Below, one piece after another: positions 30,018-41,678 of a stretch of DNA of 64,000 bases. This stretch comes from an uncultured Armatimonadetes bacterium (GTDB taxonomy: Bacteria > Armatimonadota > Armatimonadia > Armatimonadales > Capsulimonadaceae), in NCBI GenBank assembly GCA_963795815.1, contig CAWCJD010000014.1, positions 118,122 to 182,121 of the forward strand. The letters are read 5' to 3'. A program made the translations under genes and the position numbers. Each line of letters starts with the position of its first letter. The stretch's first letter is position 1. The notes beneath the pieces are model-generated. The model was not told the DNA's origin. It saw only the letters and a program-made list of their open reading frames with translations, and did not search any database.

Positions 30018-33000
30018 ATGCCAAATGTCAAACGGCGATGGCTCGCACTTTTTGGCCTCGCCATCCCCGCACTCATTCTCCCCCGCCCTGCCCCCGCGCA
30101 GGATCCGCCCCCACCCGCCGTCACCCGCCCCACCGGGCCGGTAACGCCTGTCGCTACGGCAGCGGAGTTTGATGCGCCGACAGGCACGATTGTCGATACC
30201 CGCTGGAAATCCGGCGTACCCATGGGCGGCATCGGCGTGGGCAAAATCGAGATGATGAGCGATGGCTCGTTTGCCCATTTCACAAACAACCACAACTGGG
30301 ACCGGCCTTATCCGTGGGCCAAAGGCGCGTTCGCCGCTGTCTGGACACAGGCAGCGGGCAAGGCATCTGTGGCGCGGCTGCTCCGATTGACGAGCCCCGA
30401 TGAGTACGCCGCTGTGTCCAATATCGCCCATACCCGGATGCAGGGACTGTTTCCCCGCGCGCAGTTCGCCTTTCGCGATGATGCCCTGCCCGTACAGGTG
30501 CATCTGAGCGCATTTTCTCCCCTCGTGCCGCACGACATCAAAGACTCGTCTCTGCCCGTTGTCAGCTTCGCGTACACGCTCACCAATCCCGGCAAGAACT
30601 CCGTGCGGGCGAGTGTCCTCTTGGCGTGGCCGAACCTGCTGGGCTGGGGCGGACGCGACAAAGGCCCTTACCAAAAGACGCCCATTGTGTATGACAGCAC
30701 GGCGGGCAACACGCAAACTCCCACGCGGGCGGGGGGATTGTTGGGGTTGCGCTACGCCACCACGCAGAGCTACACAGACTATCAGCAAAACACGGTCGGG
30801 GAATACTATCTCGGCGTGCACGCGCAGCCCGGTGTCGCGGTCACGACTTGCCCCGCGTGGGACACGGCGGCGGCGACACCTGCCTTTTGGACGGGCTTTG
30901 CGCAGACCGGGCAGCTCAGCGCCGTCCCCGCTGCCGGGCAGAACCCCGCCGGGGCCGTCGCCGCGCAGGTGACACTCGCACCGGGGCAGTCGCGCACGGT
31001 ACGGTTTGTGCTGGCCTGGGCGATGCCTCATTTCCTGATGACCCGGAACAATGTGCTCCAGCCGGACGGAACCAAACATGACGTTACTACCGATATGGGG
31101 CACTACTGGCAGAACTGGTTTGGGTCGGCAGTGGAGATCGCCGCGTATGCCGATGCCAACTCGGCGCGTCTTGCGCGGCGACACCGCGGCCTGGCAGAGT
31201 TATCTGCAGCAGTCCAACCTGCCCTTCTGGCTCAAGCTGAAGACTATCAACTGCGCGTTTCCGATTGTCACCAACACCGTCCTGACAAAGAACGGCATGT
31301 TCGCGATCCAGGAAAGCCCTCTGGTCATGGCGGGCGCGACCGGCACCATGGATCAGCGCTGGCCGCGCATACGTTTTACACAGCGTTGTTTCCCGAGATC
31401 GACCGGGCCGAGCTGGAACTGTTCGCGCTGTGTCAGCCCCCGGACGGCCAGAATCCCCACATGGACGGCAACTTGTACCATGTGCATCGGGCGACCCGCA
31501 TGTGCTGTACGGCATCACCGGCTGGCCTGATTTGTCCTGCTCGTGGACGCTGCAAGTGGCGCAGATGTACCGCTGGACCGGGGACAAATCATTTCTCGCG
31601 CGAATGGCGCCGCACATGACACGGGCGATGGACTATCTGCGCAATGACGACAAAGACGGCGATGCCATCCCCGAAGGCGGCAGCACCTACGATTACGAAC
31701 ATGGCCCCATGGGGTCGTTTATCTACACGGCTTCTTGTTATCTCGGCGCTCTGCGGGCGGCGTCCGCCGCTCGCGGCCGCGCAGGGAGACACGGCGGGCG
31801 CAAAATCCTACGATGCGCGTCTCGCCCAGACCCAGCACTCGGTCATGACCGAGCTATGGAACGGCACATTCTTCCGCAAGTGGCACAAGCCGGACCTGGG
31901 CACCAATAACGAGAACAGCTTTGTTTCCAACCAGGCCGGTGACTGGGCCGCGCGGCAGGCGGGCCTGCCGCGCACGCTGGCCCCGGATATTATCCACAAA
32001 TCCATCGCAGCAGACAATCGCCCGTCACATGAAGCCGTTCTATCCTGATCCCCCCCATGGAAGTGACCCCGCAAGGGCGTCTGACCACCGGCGCGTGCTA
32101 TGTCCTGCAGCACGAGCCGTACCTGGGCTGCGAAGCGATCTATGAGAACTACACCGATGATGGCCTGGATATGATCCATAGGCTTTATCATGCTATCTGG
32201 GACATGGACAAAGACCCCTGGAACGAATCCCTGGTCTACTGGGCGCCCGACGGCCACCGGTTCGCCTTCCCCTATTATATGACCAGCCCGACCACGTGGA
32301 ATGTCTGGTTCGCGCTCAGCGGGGCATCCCTGGACGTGCCGGGCCACACGCTGTTTTTGTCCCCGCGCCTGCCCACCCCCATGACCGAGCTGCACATGCC
32401 GGTCTTCCTTCCGCGCTTTTGGGGCTGGCTGGACTATGTCCCCTCCGCGCACAGGATGACCCTGCGCATCGACAAAGTGTTCAATGACAGCCTCACCGAC
32501 AGCGGCAAATTGTACGCGGTCCCCGGCGCGCAGGACTCTGTATCTGCTGCGCCATTGACACTCACCACGATTGCCCGGGACGGCGACGGCCCCCGGCTTG
32601 CCCTGCCCAGGCCCTTTGTGGTCAAGCCCGGCGCGACGCTCAATCTTTCGCCGCTGCTGGGCAAGCTCGCCCTGCCCACGCGCAGCGAACAGGTGACATT
32701 CAGCATCCAGCCCCAGGCACGCGGCGGCCTGTCCCCGGCAGGCTGGACTTTGACCGACACTGTCCACACGGACGCGGCCGGACGCGCCGAGCTCCTGCTC
32801 GCCGTGGACAGCAACACCAACACCCGCTGGACGACCAATCGCCCCATGCACACCGGCGACCGCCTGACCTTGGACATGGGACGCGCCCAGCGCGTGGGAA
32901 GCCTGGTTTTGGACAGCACCGCCACGCCCGGCGACTACCCGCACGGCTATCTCCTGGAAGCATCCGACGACGGTGTCGCCTGGCACACGCTCGCCCAGGC

Positions 33001-33151
33001 CACCGCTGCCGAAACAAAAGCCGCCGTCAAACAGGGCATGCTGACTATTGCCTTCCCGCCGCTCACGACCCGTTACCTGCGTGTCACCAACCAGGGCACC
33101 GAGACGACAACCTTCTGGTCCGTGGGCGAGGTCTGTGTCTACGCGCCGTAA
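30018..33151 (+). pseudogene. GH116-family glycosidase (GBA2-like) with C-terminal F5/8 type C (discoidin) domain, multiple frameshifts
   Basis: ATG at 30018 with a signal peptide. The N-domain motif is GGIGVGKIEMMSDGSFAHFTNNHNWD. The catalytic region continues through ORFs 29889, 31051, 31430, 31644, 31921 and 32057 in changing frames (at least 5 shifts between about 31170 and 32060). The C-terminus has NTRWTT…YLLEASDDGVAWHTL. Confidence 0.7.
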
Positions 33152-33207
33152 GTCATAGTTCGCCCTGCGGCAAACCCAATGCCAGGGCGTTGTCAGCGCG
33201 TGCTCTC

Positions 33208-33250
33208 GGCATACCAACGGCGGACGGAGTTCGTCCGCCGTTGGTATGCC
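33208..33250. repeat. REP-like palindromic element, copy 3 of 5
   Basis: GGCATACCAACGGCGGACG-gagtt-CGTCCGCCGTTGGTATGCC: a perfect 19-bp stem between the convergent GH116 and prs genes. Confidence 0.85.
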
Positions 33251-33293
33251 GTAACTACGCCTGCACACAGCCCGGAAGCGTCCTTGGGGGCGC

Positions 33294-34316
33294 CTACCAG
33301 TAGGTATCAAAAAGCTCGCTGACAGAGTGGTTGTGGTGGATACGACTGATGGCGTTCGCGAGAAGCGGGGCGACGGAAATGACGCTCAGTTTGGAGGAGG
33401 CACGGGCAAGTTTCTCGGGCAGAGGGATGGTGTCGGTAACGACCAGCTCGGTGATGGGGAAGCTTCTATCTTTTCCAGGGCGGCGAGAGACAGGACGGGA
33501 TGGGTGCAGCAGGCGAAGACGCGGCGCGCGCCGCGCTCCATCAGAGCGGTCGCGCCGGACACGATGCTGCCGCCTGTATCGATCATGTCGTCGACCATGA
33601 CACAGGTCTTGCCGGCGATGTCCCCGATGATCTCTTTGATTTCTACCTGGTTGGGCTCCGGGCGGCGCTTGGCGATAATGGCGAGCGGGGCGTGCAGCAT
33701 CTCGGCCATGCCGCGCGCGCGGCTCACGCCGCCGACATCCGGGGAGACGACCACGGTGTCGCTGTCGCTCAGCCCTCGCTCGGCGAAGTAGGCGCCGAGC
33801 AGCGGGCCCGCGTACAGGTGGTCCATGGGGAGCTGAAAAAAGCCTTGGATCTGGCCCGCGTGCAAATCGACAGCCAGCACCCGCTGCGCGCCTGCGGTGG
33901 TGATCAGGTCGGCGACCAGGCGGGCGGTGATGGGTTCACGCGGCTTGACCTTTTTGTCCTGACGCGAGTAGCCATAGTAAGGGATCACCAGGGTGATGCG
34001 GGATGCCGAGGCGCGCCGGAAGGCATCCACCAGGATCAGAAGCTCCATCAAGCTGTCGTTGACCGGGGCGCAGGTCGGCTGGACAATAAAGACATCCATG
34101 CCGCGCGCGGACTTCTTCGACTTTGGCGCGGATCTCGCCATCGGCAAAGCGGCTGAGATGCATCTTGCCCAGAGGCAGGCCCAGATGCGCGGCGATTTTG
34201 GCTGCCAGCGGCTGATTGGCGCTGCCGCTGAAGATACGCAGGTTGTCGTGGGCGCGGGCGGGCGGGGAAATGCGTTCCGAAAGGGCGGCTTGCTCGGCGA
34301 GTGTGTCTTGTGCCAT
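33294..34316 (-). pseudogene. prs: ribose-phosphate pyrophosphokinase, two compensating frameshifts
   Basis: N-terminus [22 protein letters not shown]…[12 protein letters not shown] (ORF 33936..34316). Middle [54 protein letters not shown]…[12 protein letters not shown] (ORF 33386..34426). The tail …[15 protein letters not shown]…SVSELFDTYW* is back in the first frame. Shifts lie near 34109 and in the G4 run at 33456-33459. Confidence 0.9.
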
Positions 34317-34586
34317 GCGTTAGGTTCCCCAAATGATGTGCAGGCGTGCATTTGATGCGTCTTGAAGAAGCCCCCCGCCCCAAGTTTGGGAGATTGAAGG
34401 AGGCTTTCACCCCCCAGCCCCCTCACCCGCCCCTCCGGGTCTTCTCCCCGCTATGGAGGCCCTGCGACTAGGGGTGCCAGTGCAGAAGCGGGCAAGGGGG
34501 AGCATGAAGGACTTACTTTTGCCCCTCTCCCGCAAGCGGGAGAGGGTGGCATTCCTATGCCGGGTGAGGGCTGTCTTGGCTTTCTC

Positions 34587-36020
34587 CTAAGGCGTTTTGG
34601 CAGTCTCGGTCAATTGAGACTGGCCGGCGAGCTGTTTTTTGCGGGCGACCCAGCCGTCTTTGTTGACCTGCGTGGCCCGTCCCAGGGCGAGCGCGCCGTC
34701 GGGAACACTTTGGGTAATCACTGTCCCCGCGGCTGTGTAGGCGCCATTGCCGACCGTTACCGGGGCGACCAGGGTCGTATGCGTGCCGATAAACGCGTCC
34801 TCGCCGATTACGGTCTGGTTCTTCGATGGGGTGCGGAACGGATCGTAGTTGCAGGTTATGGTGCCCGCGCCGATATTGGTGCGCGCGCCGACAACCGCAT
34901 CGCCGAGATAGGCGAAGTGGCCCGCGCTGACATTGTCCCCTACGGTCGCAGCCTTGAGCTCCACAAAGTCCCCAATTTTGACGTTCTTGCCGACGGCGCT
35001 GCCGGGGCGGATATTGGCATAAGGCCCGACCCGGGTACCATCGCCGATGTCACTGGCGACGATATGCGAATCGCGCACAGATACGCCATTGCCCAGCCGG
35101 GAGTCATTGATGCGCGCGCCCGGCCCGATCTCGCAGTCTTCGCCGATGTCGGTGACGCCGCTGATAATGGTAAACGGATGAATAGTCGTGTCCTGACCAA
35201 TCTTCACATCCGCATCGATATGGGTGGACAGGGGGTCGATAATGGTCACGCCCGCCAGCCCGTGGGCGCGATGCAGGCGGGCCTGCAGCATCTGGGTGAG
35301 CTCGACAAGCTCAGGGCGCGTGTTGACGCCGCGCACCACATCGGCATCCTGGGAAACAAGGGCATGGACCAGTTCTCCCTGCTCGGCCAGCAGGCGCACG
35401 ACATCGGTCAGATAGTATTCGCCCTGGGCGTTGGTGGGGGTGATCTGGGCCAATGCGGCAAACAGCTTGGCGGGCTGGAAGACATACACGGACGTAGAGA
35501 TTTCCTGCACCGCAAGCTGCGCATCGGTGGCATCGCGGGCCTCGACGATGCCTTCCACTAGGTTGGTGTCAGGGTCGCGGACAATGCGACCGTAGCTTGC
35601 AGGGTCATCCAGCAGGGCCGTGAGCAGGGTAGCGGCGGCCCCGCTTTTGGCATGGGCCTGGAGAAGGTTTTCCAGCAGAGTATGCGTGAGCAAAGGGGCA
35701 TCGCCCGGCAGCACAAGCAGCGGCCCCTGCCAGTCTTGCAGCAGAGATTGCGCCATCTGGACCGCATGGCCGGTGCCCTTCTGCTCGGACTGCAGGACAT
35801 ATTCAAAGTCCGCGCCCATGGCTTCTTTGACCTGCTCGGACTGGTGCCCAACGACCAGGACGGTGCGGGTGGCTCCCGCGGCAATGGCGGCATCCACGGC
35901 CCAGCGCAGGAGAGGCTTGCCAAGCAGGGGGTGCAGGCCCTTGGGGGTTTTGGACTTCATGCGGGTGCTTTTGCCTGCGGCAAGGACAAGGACGGCAACG
36001 GGGGGCGTGGCAGGCGGCAT
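34587..36020 (-). CDS. glmU: bifunctional UDP-N-acetylglucosamine diphosphorylase / glucosamine-1-phosphate N-acetyltransferase
   Basis: VLAAGKSTRMKS…KGLHPLLGKPLL at the N-terminus and left-handed beta-helix hexapeptide repeats at the C-terminus. 477 aa, intact. Confidence 0.95.
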   Translation of the reverse strand: MPPATPPVAVLVLAAGKSTRMKSKTPKGLHPLLGKPLLRWAVDAAIAAGATRTVLVVGHQSEQVKEAMGADFEYVLQSEQKGTGHAVQMAQSLLQDWQGPLLVLPGDAPLLTHTLLENLLQAHAKSGAAATLLTALLDDPASYGRIVRDPDTNLVEGIVEARDATDAQLAVQEISTSVYVFQPAKLFAALAQITPTNAQGEYYLTDVVRLLAEQGELVHALVSQDADVVRGVNTRPELVELTQMLQARLHRAHGLAGVTIIDPLSTHIDADVKIGQDTTIHPFTIISGVTDIGEDCEIGPGARINDSRLGNGVSVRDSHIVASDIGDGTRVGPYANIRPGSAVGKNVKIGDFVELKAATVGDNVSAGHFAYLGDAVVGARTNIGAGTITCNYDPFRTPSKNQTVIGEDAFIGTHTTLVAPVTVGNGAYTAAGTVITQSVPDGALALGRATQVNKDGWVARKKQLAGQSQLTETAKTP

Positions 36021-36122
36021 GGTGTCTCCAAAAAGGGCGCTTCGCGGGGAAGCGGGCGTGCGGGTGAGTCAAGGGCTATTATAACGCTTTGGGCGGGGCA
36101 AGTCAACGGGGAGTGTGACGAT

Positions 36123-36453
36123 TCCCTCGCCCCGCTCGCATTACTCGCTTCCCCCTCCCCTAAAGGGGAGAGGTGCCTGGTGCATTGAGTTGATCGTGGT
36201 GCACAATGAGTTTCCTTGTGCGGGAACCATGCCCTAAAGGGCACGGCTAGTGTGTCTAAACCCCCTTCGGGGCTAAAGAATTCTCCCCGTGACTTGGCTC
36301 TTGGCCCCGAAGGGGTCGCCCACTCATAGACGTGCCCTTTAGGGCATGGGCAATCACTACAAGCAAAGCCATAGCCCAACACGATCAACTCAATGCACCA
36401 GGCAACTCTCCCCTTTAGGGGAGGGGGAAGCGAGTAATGCGAGCGGGGAGGGA
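36123..36453. repeat. 331-bp nested palindrome (MITE-like or long hairpin element)
   Basis: Outer arms 36123-36198 and 36380-36453 are reverse complements apart from a 2-nt indel and one mismatch. Inner inverted pairs are CATGCCCTAAAGGGCACG/CGTGCCCTTTAGGGCATG and CCCCCTTCGGGGC/GGCCCCGAAGGGG. The centre is at GAATTC, about 36278-36283. ORFs on both strands give the same peptide (STQCTR.LSPLGEGEASNASG). Confidence 0.85.
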
Positions 36454-36474
36454 TCGGGCGGGGGAGGACCTATC

Positions 36475-38579
<2,105 letters not shown>

Positions 38580-38603
38580 TTATGCGTCTTTTACTCACAG
38601 TTA

Positions 38604-38691
38604 TGCCGACGTTGTGCCGAGCGAGTGCCGACGTTGTGCCGAGCGAGTGCCGACGTTGTGCCGAGCGAGTGCCGACGTTGTGCCGGGTGAG
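38604..38691. repeat. tandem direct repeat, 4 x 22 bp (11-bp sub-period)
   Basis: TGCCGACGTTGTGCCGAGCGAG is repeated at 38604, 38626 and 38648, with a variant at 38670. Each unit consists of two TGCCGA-N5 half-units. It lies 76-160 nt upstream of the ligA start. Confidence 0.9.
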
Positions 38692-38698
38692 TGCCGGG

Positions 38699-38822
38699 GA
38701 ACCCCCCTCCTTGTGGTGCGCACAGGTTCCCCCCTAAAGGGGAGATGAGGAACGTTCTCGACAACCGCAGGCGTTCTTTATCCTCCCTTTAGGGGGAACC
38801 TGCGCAGCAAGGTGGGGGGTTC
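38699..38822. repeat. inverted-repeat element sharing the CCCCTAAAGGGGAG core
   Basis: Left arm GAACCCCCCTCCTTGTGGTGCGCACAGGTTCCCCCCTAAAGGGGAG (38699-38744) pairs imperfectly with CTCCCTTTAGGGGGAACCTGCGCAGCAAGGTGGGGGGTTC (38783-38822). Confidence 0.75.
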
Positions 38823-38841
38823 TCTTTAGGCGCAAGGGGGA

Positions 38842-39417
38842 TTAAAGGGGAGGCGCGAACGCGATGCCTTCGTAGAGCGCGGACAGGGGGAGGCTGATGC
38901 CAAGACTGCTCAGTTCCAGCGTGTCGGTGAGCCTAGCGCACTCGTAGGTGGCCCAGACATCGTCGTAACGCTCGAAGCGTTCCACGCGGGGGGCGTCCTG
39001 GTGGACGAGGATATACTCGCGCAGGGACGGCAGGCGGCGGTACTGCCCAAACTTGACAGTCCGGTCGTAATTGGCCGTCGATGGCGAGAGTATCTCAAAG
39101 AGCACGGTGGGGTTGACCAGGGTATCGCCGTGCGTATCGGTGAACTGCTGCTCGCCGCAGACCACAGACAGATCGGGATACGTGTAAAGCATGGGGGCGG
39201 CGGCCACCCGCATATCGCTGCCGAAGCCCTGGCAGGGCGACCCGCGCAGCAAGGTGCCGATGGCGACAGTGAGATTGAAGGTAATGATGGTGTGTTCGCG
39301 GCTGGCCCCGGACATGGCCCAGACCTGGCCTGAGTAATATTCGCTCTTGGAGGGAGCCGCTCGTTCAGCGCGCAGGTACTCTTCGGAAGTGACAAAGGGC
39401 ACGGGCTGAGTAGACAT
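38842..39417 (-). CDS. Uma2 family (DUF820) restriction-endonuclease-fold protein
   Basis: Typical layout: …[31 protein letters not shown]…PDLSVVCG…[36 protein letters not shown]. Confidence 0.8.
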   Translation of the reverse strand: MSTQPVPFVTSEEYLRAERAAPSKSEYYSGQVWAMSGASREHTIITFNLTVAIGTLLRGSPCQGFGSDMRVAAAPMLYTYPDLSVVCGEQQFTDTHGDTLVNPTVLFEILSPSTANYDRTVKFGQYRRLPSLREYILVHQDAPRVERFERYDDVWATYECARLTDTLELSSLGISLPLSALYEGIAFAPPL

Positions 39418-39474
39418 GCGCTTATTATATCACGCAGGACGGGGCGGGCACAAGAGCCGCACGGCGCAAGCAGG

Positions 39475-40623
39475 CTAGGTGGCGGGCGCAGACTGGGCGG
39501 CGCTCGGGGCAGGGATGGGAGATGTCATGCCGGGCGCAGGCGGCTCAGCGGCGGGAGCGGGCGGCGCAGCGGCGGGCGGCGTTGGGACTGGCACGGGCAC
39601 GCGGACGAGCTTGGGGCGCGGGGCGCGGGTCTCGTCGGCGATGGTCTCGCGGCGGACAACATGGCCGTGCCGGGTCCACTCGCGCTCCACAACGACATGG
39701 TAGCCATTGCGCGGCTTTTGGTCGACGATGGGCGCACTCGTGGGCGGCAGCAGCGGGTCCGAAGTCTGCACGGTCGGGGCGGCGATCGTGCTGAGGGATT
39801 GAGTTTTGATGAAGACGTGCTGCCCGGCAGGCGGCGGCATGCCATACAGACTCACGAGCACCTGGTCCTGCCCAATGGTTGTCTTGATGATAATAGGCTG
39901 CGCCGTCGTATTGACAAACTGCATGTCTTCCGACCCGTACACGACCGAGGCATCGCAGCCGGGCGCGGCATAGGTGACCACGCCCGAGTGCCCATGACGC
40001 TCCGTAATAGTCAGCCCGGCCTGCAGGGCGGCATTGTACAGGCCCGTAGACACAAGGCAGATGCCGCCGCCCGTGCCGCGCACGATCTGCCCCTGGTCAA
40101 ACATCAGGCCATCTTCAAAGCCCCGCTCGGGAGTGCGCTCCCCCACGATGGCATTGAACGAGAACGTGCCGCCGGGCATGATGGTCTTGCTGTCGACCGC
40201 CTGCGCCGCGAGGACGATATTGGCGCGCTCGGCGGGGTCATCGCGCAGGGGCACAGCATACGCGCCTAATCGGGCGATATTGAACACGCTCCCCCACCCC
40301 GACAGATGCAGGCTGGGGTCGGTGTCACGGTTCCACAGCCAGCCCAGGCCGGGCGGGGTCCACGCTGACAGCAGGCCCTGGGGTGTGGGATAAACAGTGT
40401 GCATCGGGCTATTGCTCGGCGCATGGGGCAGGATAGAGGACGCGGGCGATGTGAACAGCAGGGTTTGCCCCGCCCCGCCCGTTCCGGGCAGTGTCAGGGA
40501 CAGCAGGGACGCCGTGACAGGCAACGACCGGGGCAAAGCGGCCCGTGCGTCAAACGGGAGTGCGAGGACAGTGCCGAGGAGCAGTGCGGCGAATGCCGGC
40601 TTGAGGGGTCGTGCAAAGAGCAT
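39475..40623 (-). CDS. VanW family protein
   Basis: Signal/TM N-terminus and a VanW core (GGTFSFNAIVGERTPERGF…GGGICLVSTGLYNAALQAGL…ERHGHS). The C-terminus is a Pro/Ala-rich tail. Confidence 0.8.
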   Translation of the reverse strand: MLFARPLKPAFAALLLGTVLALPFDARAALPRSLPVTASLLSLTLPGTGGAGQTLLFTSPASSILPHAPSNSPMHTVYPTPQGLLSAWTPPGLGWLWNRDTDPSLHLSGWGSVFNIARLGAYAVPLRDDPAERANIVLAAQAVDSKTIMPGGTFSFNAIVGERTPERGFEDGLMFDQGQIVRGTGGGICLVSTGLYNAALQAGLTITERHGHSGVVTYAAPGCDASVVYGSEDMQFVNTTAQPIIIKTTIGQDQVLVSLYGMPPPAGQHVFIKTQSLSTIAAPTVQTSDPLLPPTSAPIVDQKPRNGYHVVVEREWTRHGHVVRRETIADETRAPRPKLVRVPVPVPTPPAAAPPAPAAEPPAPGMTSPIPAPSAAQSAPAT

Positions 40624-40725
40624 GGGTCGTGCGAGTTCTCCCTATGCAGTGTACCCCGCAGACCAAGGTGTTTCAAGTGTCGTTTGGGAGTTTGCGCCAG
40701 GGCAGGGTATAAGGGCAGTGGGAGT

Positions 40726-41184
40726 ATGCACACACAGATGACGATTGCTCTGCTGCTGATTTGCACGCTGTCCGCGTGGTACATGACCGGCGTGATCTGG
40801 ACCGTGCAATGGGTGCATTACGCGCTGTTTGCCCTGGTCGGGCAGGACAGTTGGGAGACGTACCATGCCGCCCACACGCAGCGCATGACCGGCGTGGTGC
40901 TGCTGCCGATGGTGCTGGAGCTGGGCAGCGCGGGCCTGCTGGCTCTGCGCCCCGGCACGCTGGCCGCGCAGCACGGGCTGCTGTGGGCGGGCTTTGCGCT
41001 TGCGGCAGGCACCTGGGCGGCGACATTCTTTCTGTCCGTGCCGCTGCATGGGACACTGGGGCGCGGCCACGACCCGGATGCGATCCGCCGCCTTGTGGGC
41101 ACCAACTGGGTGCGCACCGCGCTGTGGACCGCCCACGCCCTTGTGATGCTTTCGGTGCTGTGGGAACGGCAGCGGCCCTCTTAA
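40726..41184 (+). CDS. integral membrane protein (4 predicted TM), unknown function
   Basis: ORF 40399..41184 trimmed to the in-frame ATG at 40726 (alternative 40738). Hydrophobic segments run throughout. It ends 33 nt before msrB. Confidence 0.5.
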   Translation: MHTQMTIALLLICTLSAWYMTGVIWTVQWVHYALFALVGQDSWETYHAAHTQRMTGVVLLPMVLELGSAGLLALRPGTLAAQHGLLWAGFALAAGTWAATFFLSVPLHGTLGRGHDPDAIRRLVGTNWVRTALWTAHALVMLSVLWERQRPS

Positions 41185-41217
41185 CTGTTTATGGATCAGC
41201 ACAACAAGGAGACTACG

Positions 41218-41619
41218 ATGCCTGTGGATAAAGTGGAAAAGACCGAAGCCGAGTGGCGCGCCGCGCTCACGCCTGAGCAGTACCATGTGCTGCGCGAAAA
41301 GGGAACCGAGCGTCCGTTTACCGGCGAGTATGAAGACTTTGATGCGCCGGGGACATTTGCCTGCGCCGCCTGCGGGCAGGTCTTATTTGAGTCGGGTACC
41401 AAGTTCGACTCGGGCTGCGGCTGGCCCAGTTTCTACGATGCCATCCCTGGCACCGTAGACCTGCACGAAGACCGGACATTCGGCATGCGCCGGGTCGAAG
41501 TGACCTGCACGCACTGCGGCAGCCATCTGGGCCACGTGTTCCCCGACGGCCCCCAGCCTACCGGCGAGCGCTACTGTATCAACTCGGTCAGTATCAATTA
41601 TGTCGCCCCGGCGCGCTGA
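41218..41619 (+). CDS. msrB: peptide-methionine (R)-S-oxide reductase
   Basis: AAGGAG sits 6 nt before the ATG at 41218. It has both CxxC pairs (CAACGQ…, CTHCGSHLGHVF) and the catalytic region RYCINS. Confidence 0.95.
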   Translation: MPVDKVEKTEAEWRAALTPEQYHVLREKGTERPFTGEYEDFDAPGTFACAACGQVLFESGTKFDSGCGWPSFYDAIPGTVDLHEDRTFGMRRVEVTCTHCGSHLGHVFPDGPQPTGERYCINSVSINYVAPAR

Positions 41620-41628
41620 GAGAACCTA

Positions 41629-41664
41629 GACAGCCCGTGCAGGAATATTCCCGCACGGGCTGTC
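41629..41664. terminator. stem-loop between convergent msrB and PP2C genes
   Basis: GACAGCCCGTGCAGG-aatatt-CCCGCACGGGCTGTC, with 14 of 15 positions paired. Confidence 0.65.
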
Positions 41665-41678
41665 TTCAATTCATAAGC

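Noticed and set aside
31808-33310. 500-aa minus-strand ORF
   Set aside because: It is antisense to the GH116/discoidin gene, whose plus-strand frames carry recognisable family motifs. It is Arg/Gly/Ala-rich, as expected for shadow ORFs in GC-rich DNA, and its N-terminal part is simply the translation of REP copy 3.
34523-34546. Hairpin CCCTCTCCCGC-aa-GCGGGAGAGGG as the terminator of glmU
   Set aside because: On the minus strand it is followed by GCAAAAG rather than a U-run. It was kept only as a possible member of the GC-rich hairpin repeat family.
38604-38691. Possible CRISPR array
   Set aside because: The 22-bp units are directly adjacent with no spacers, there are only four copies, and no cas genes are present in the window.
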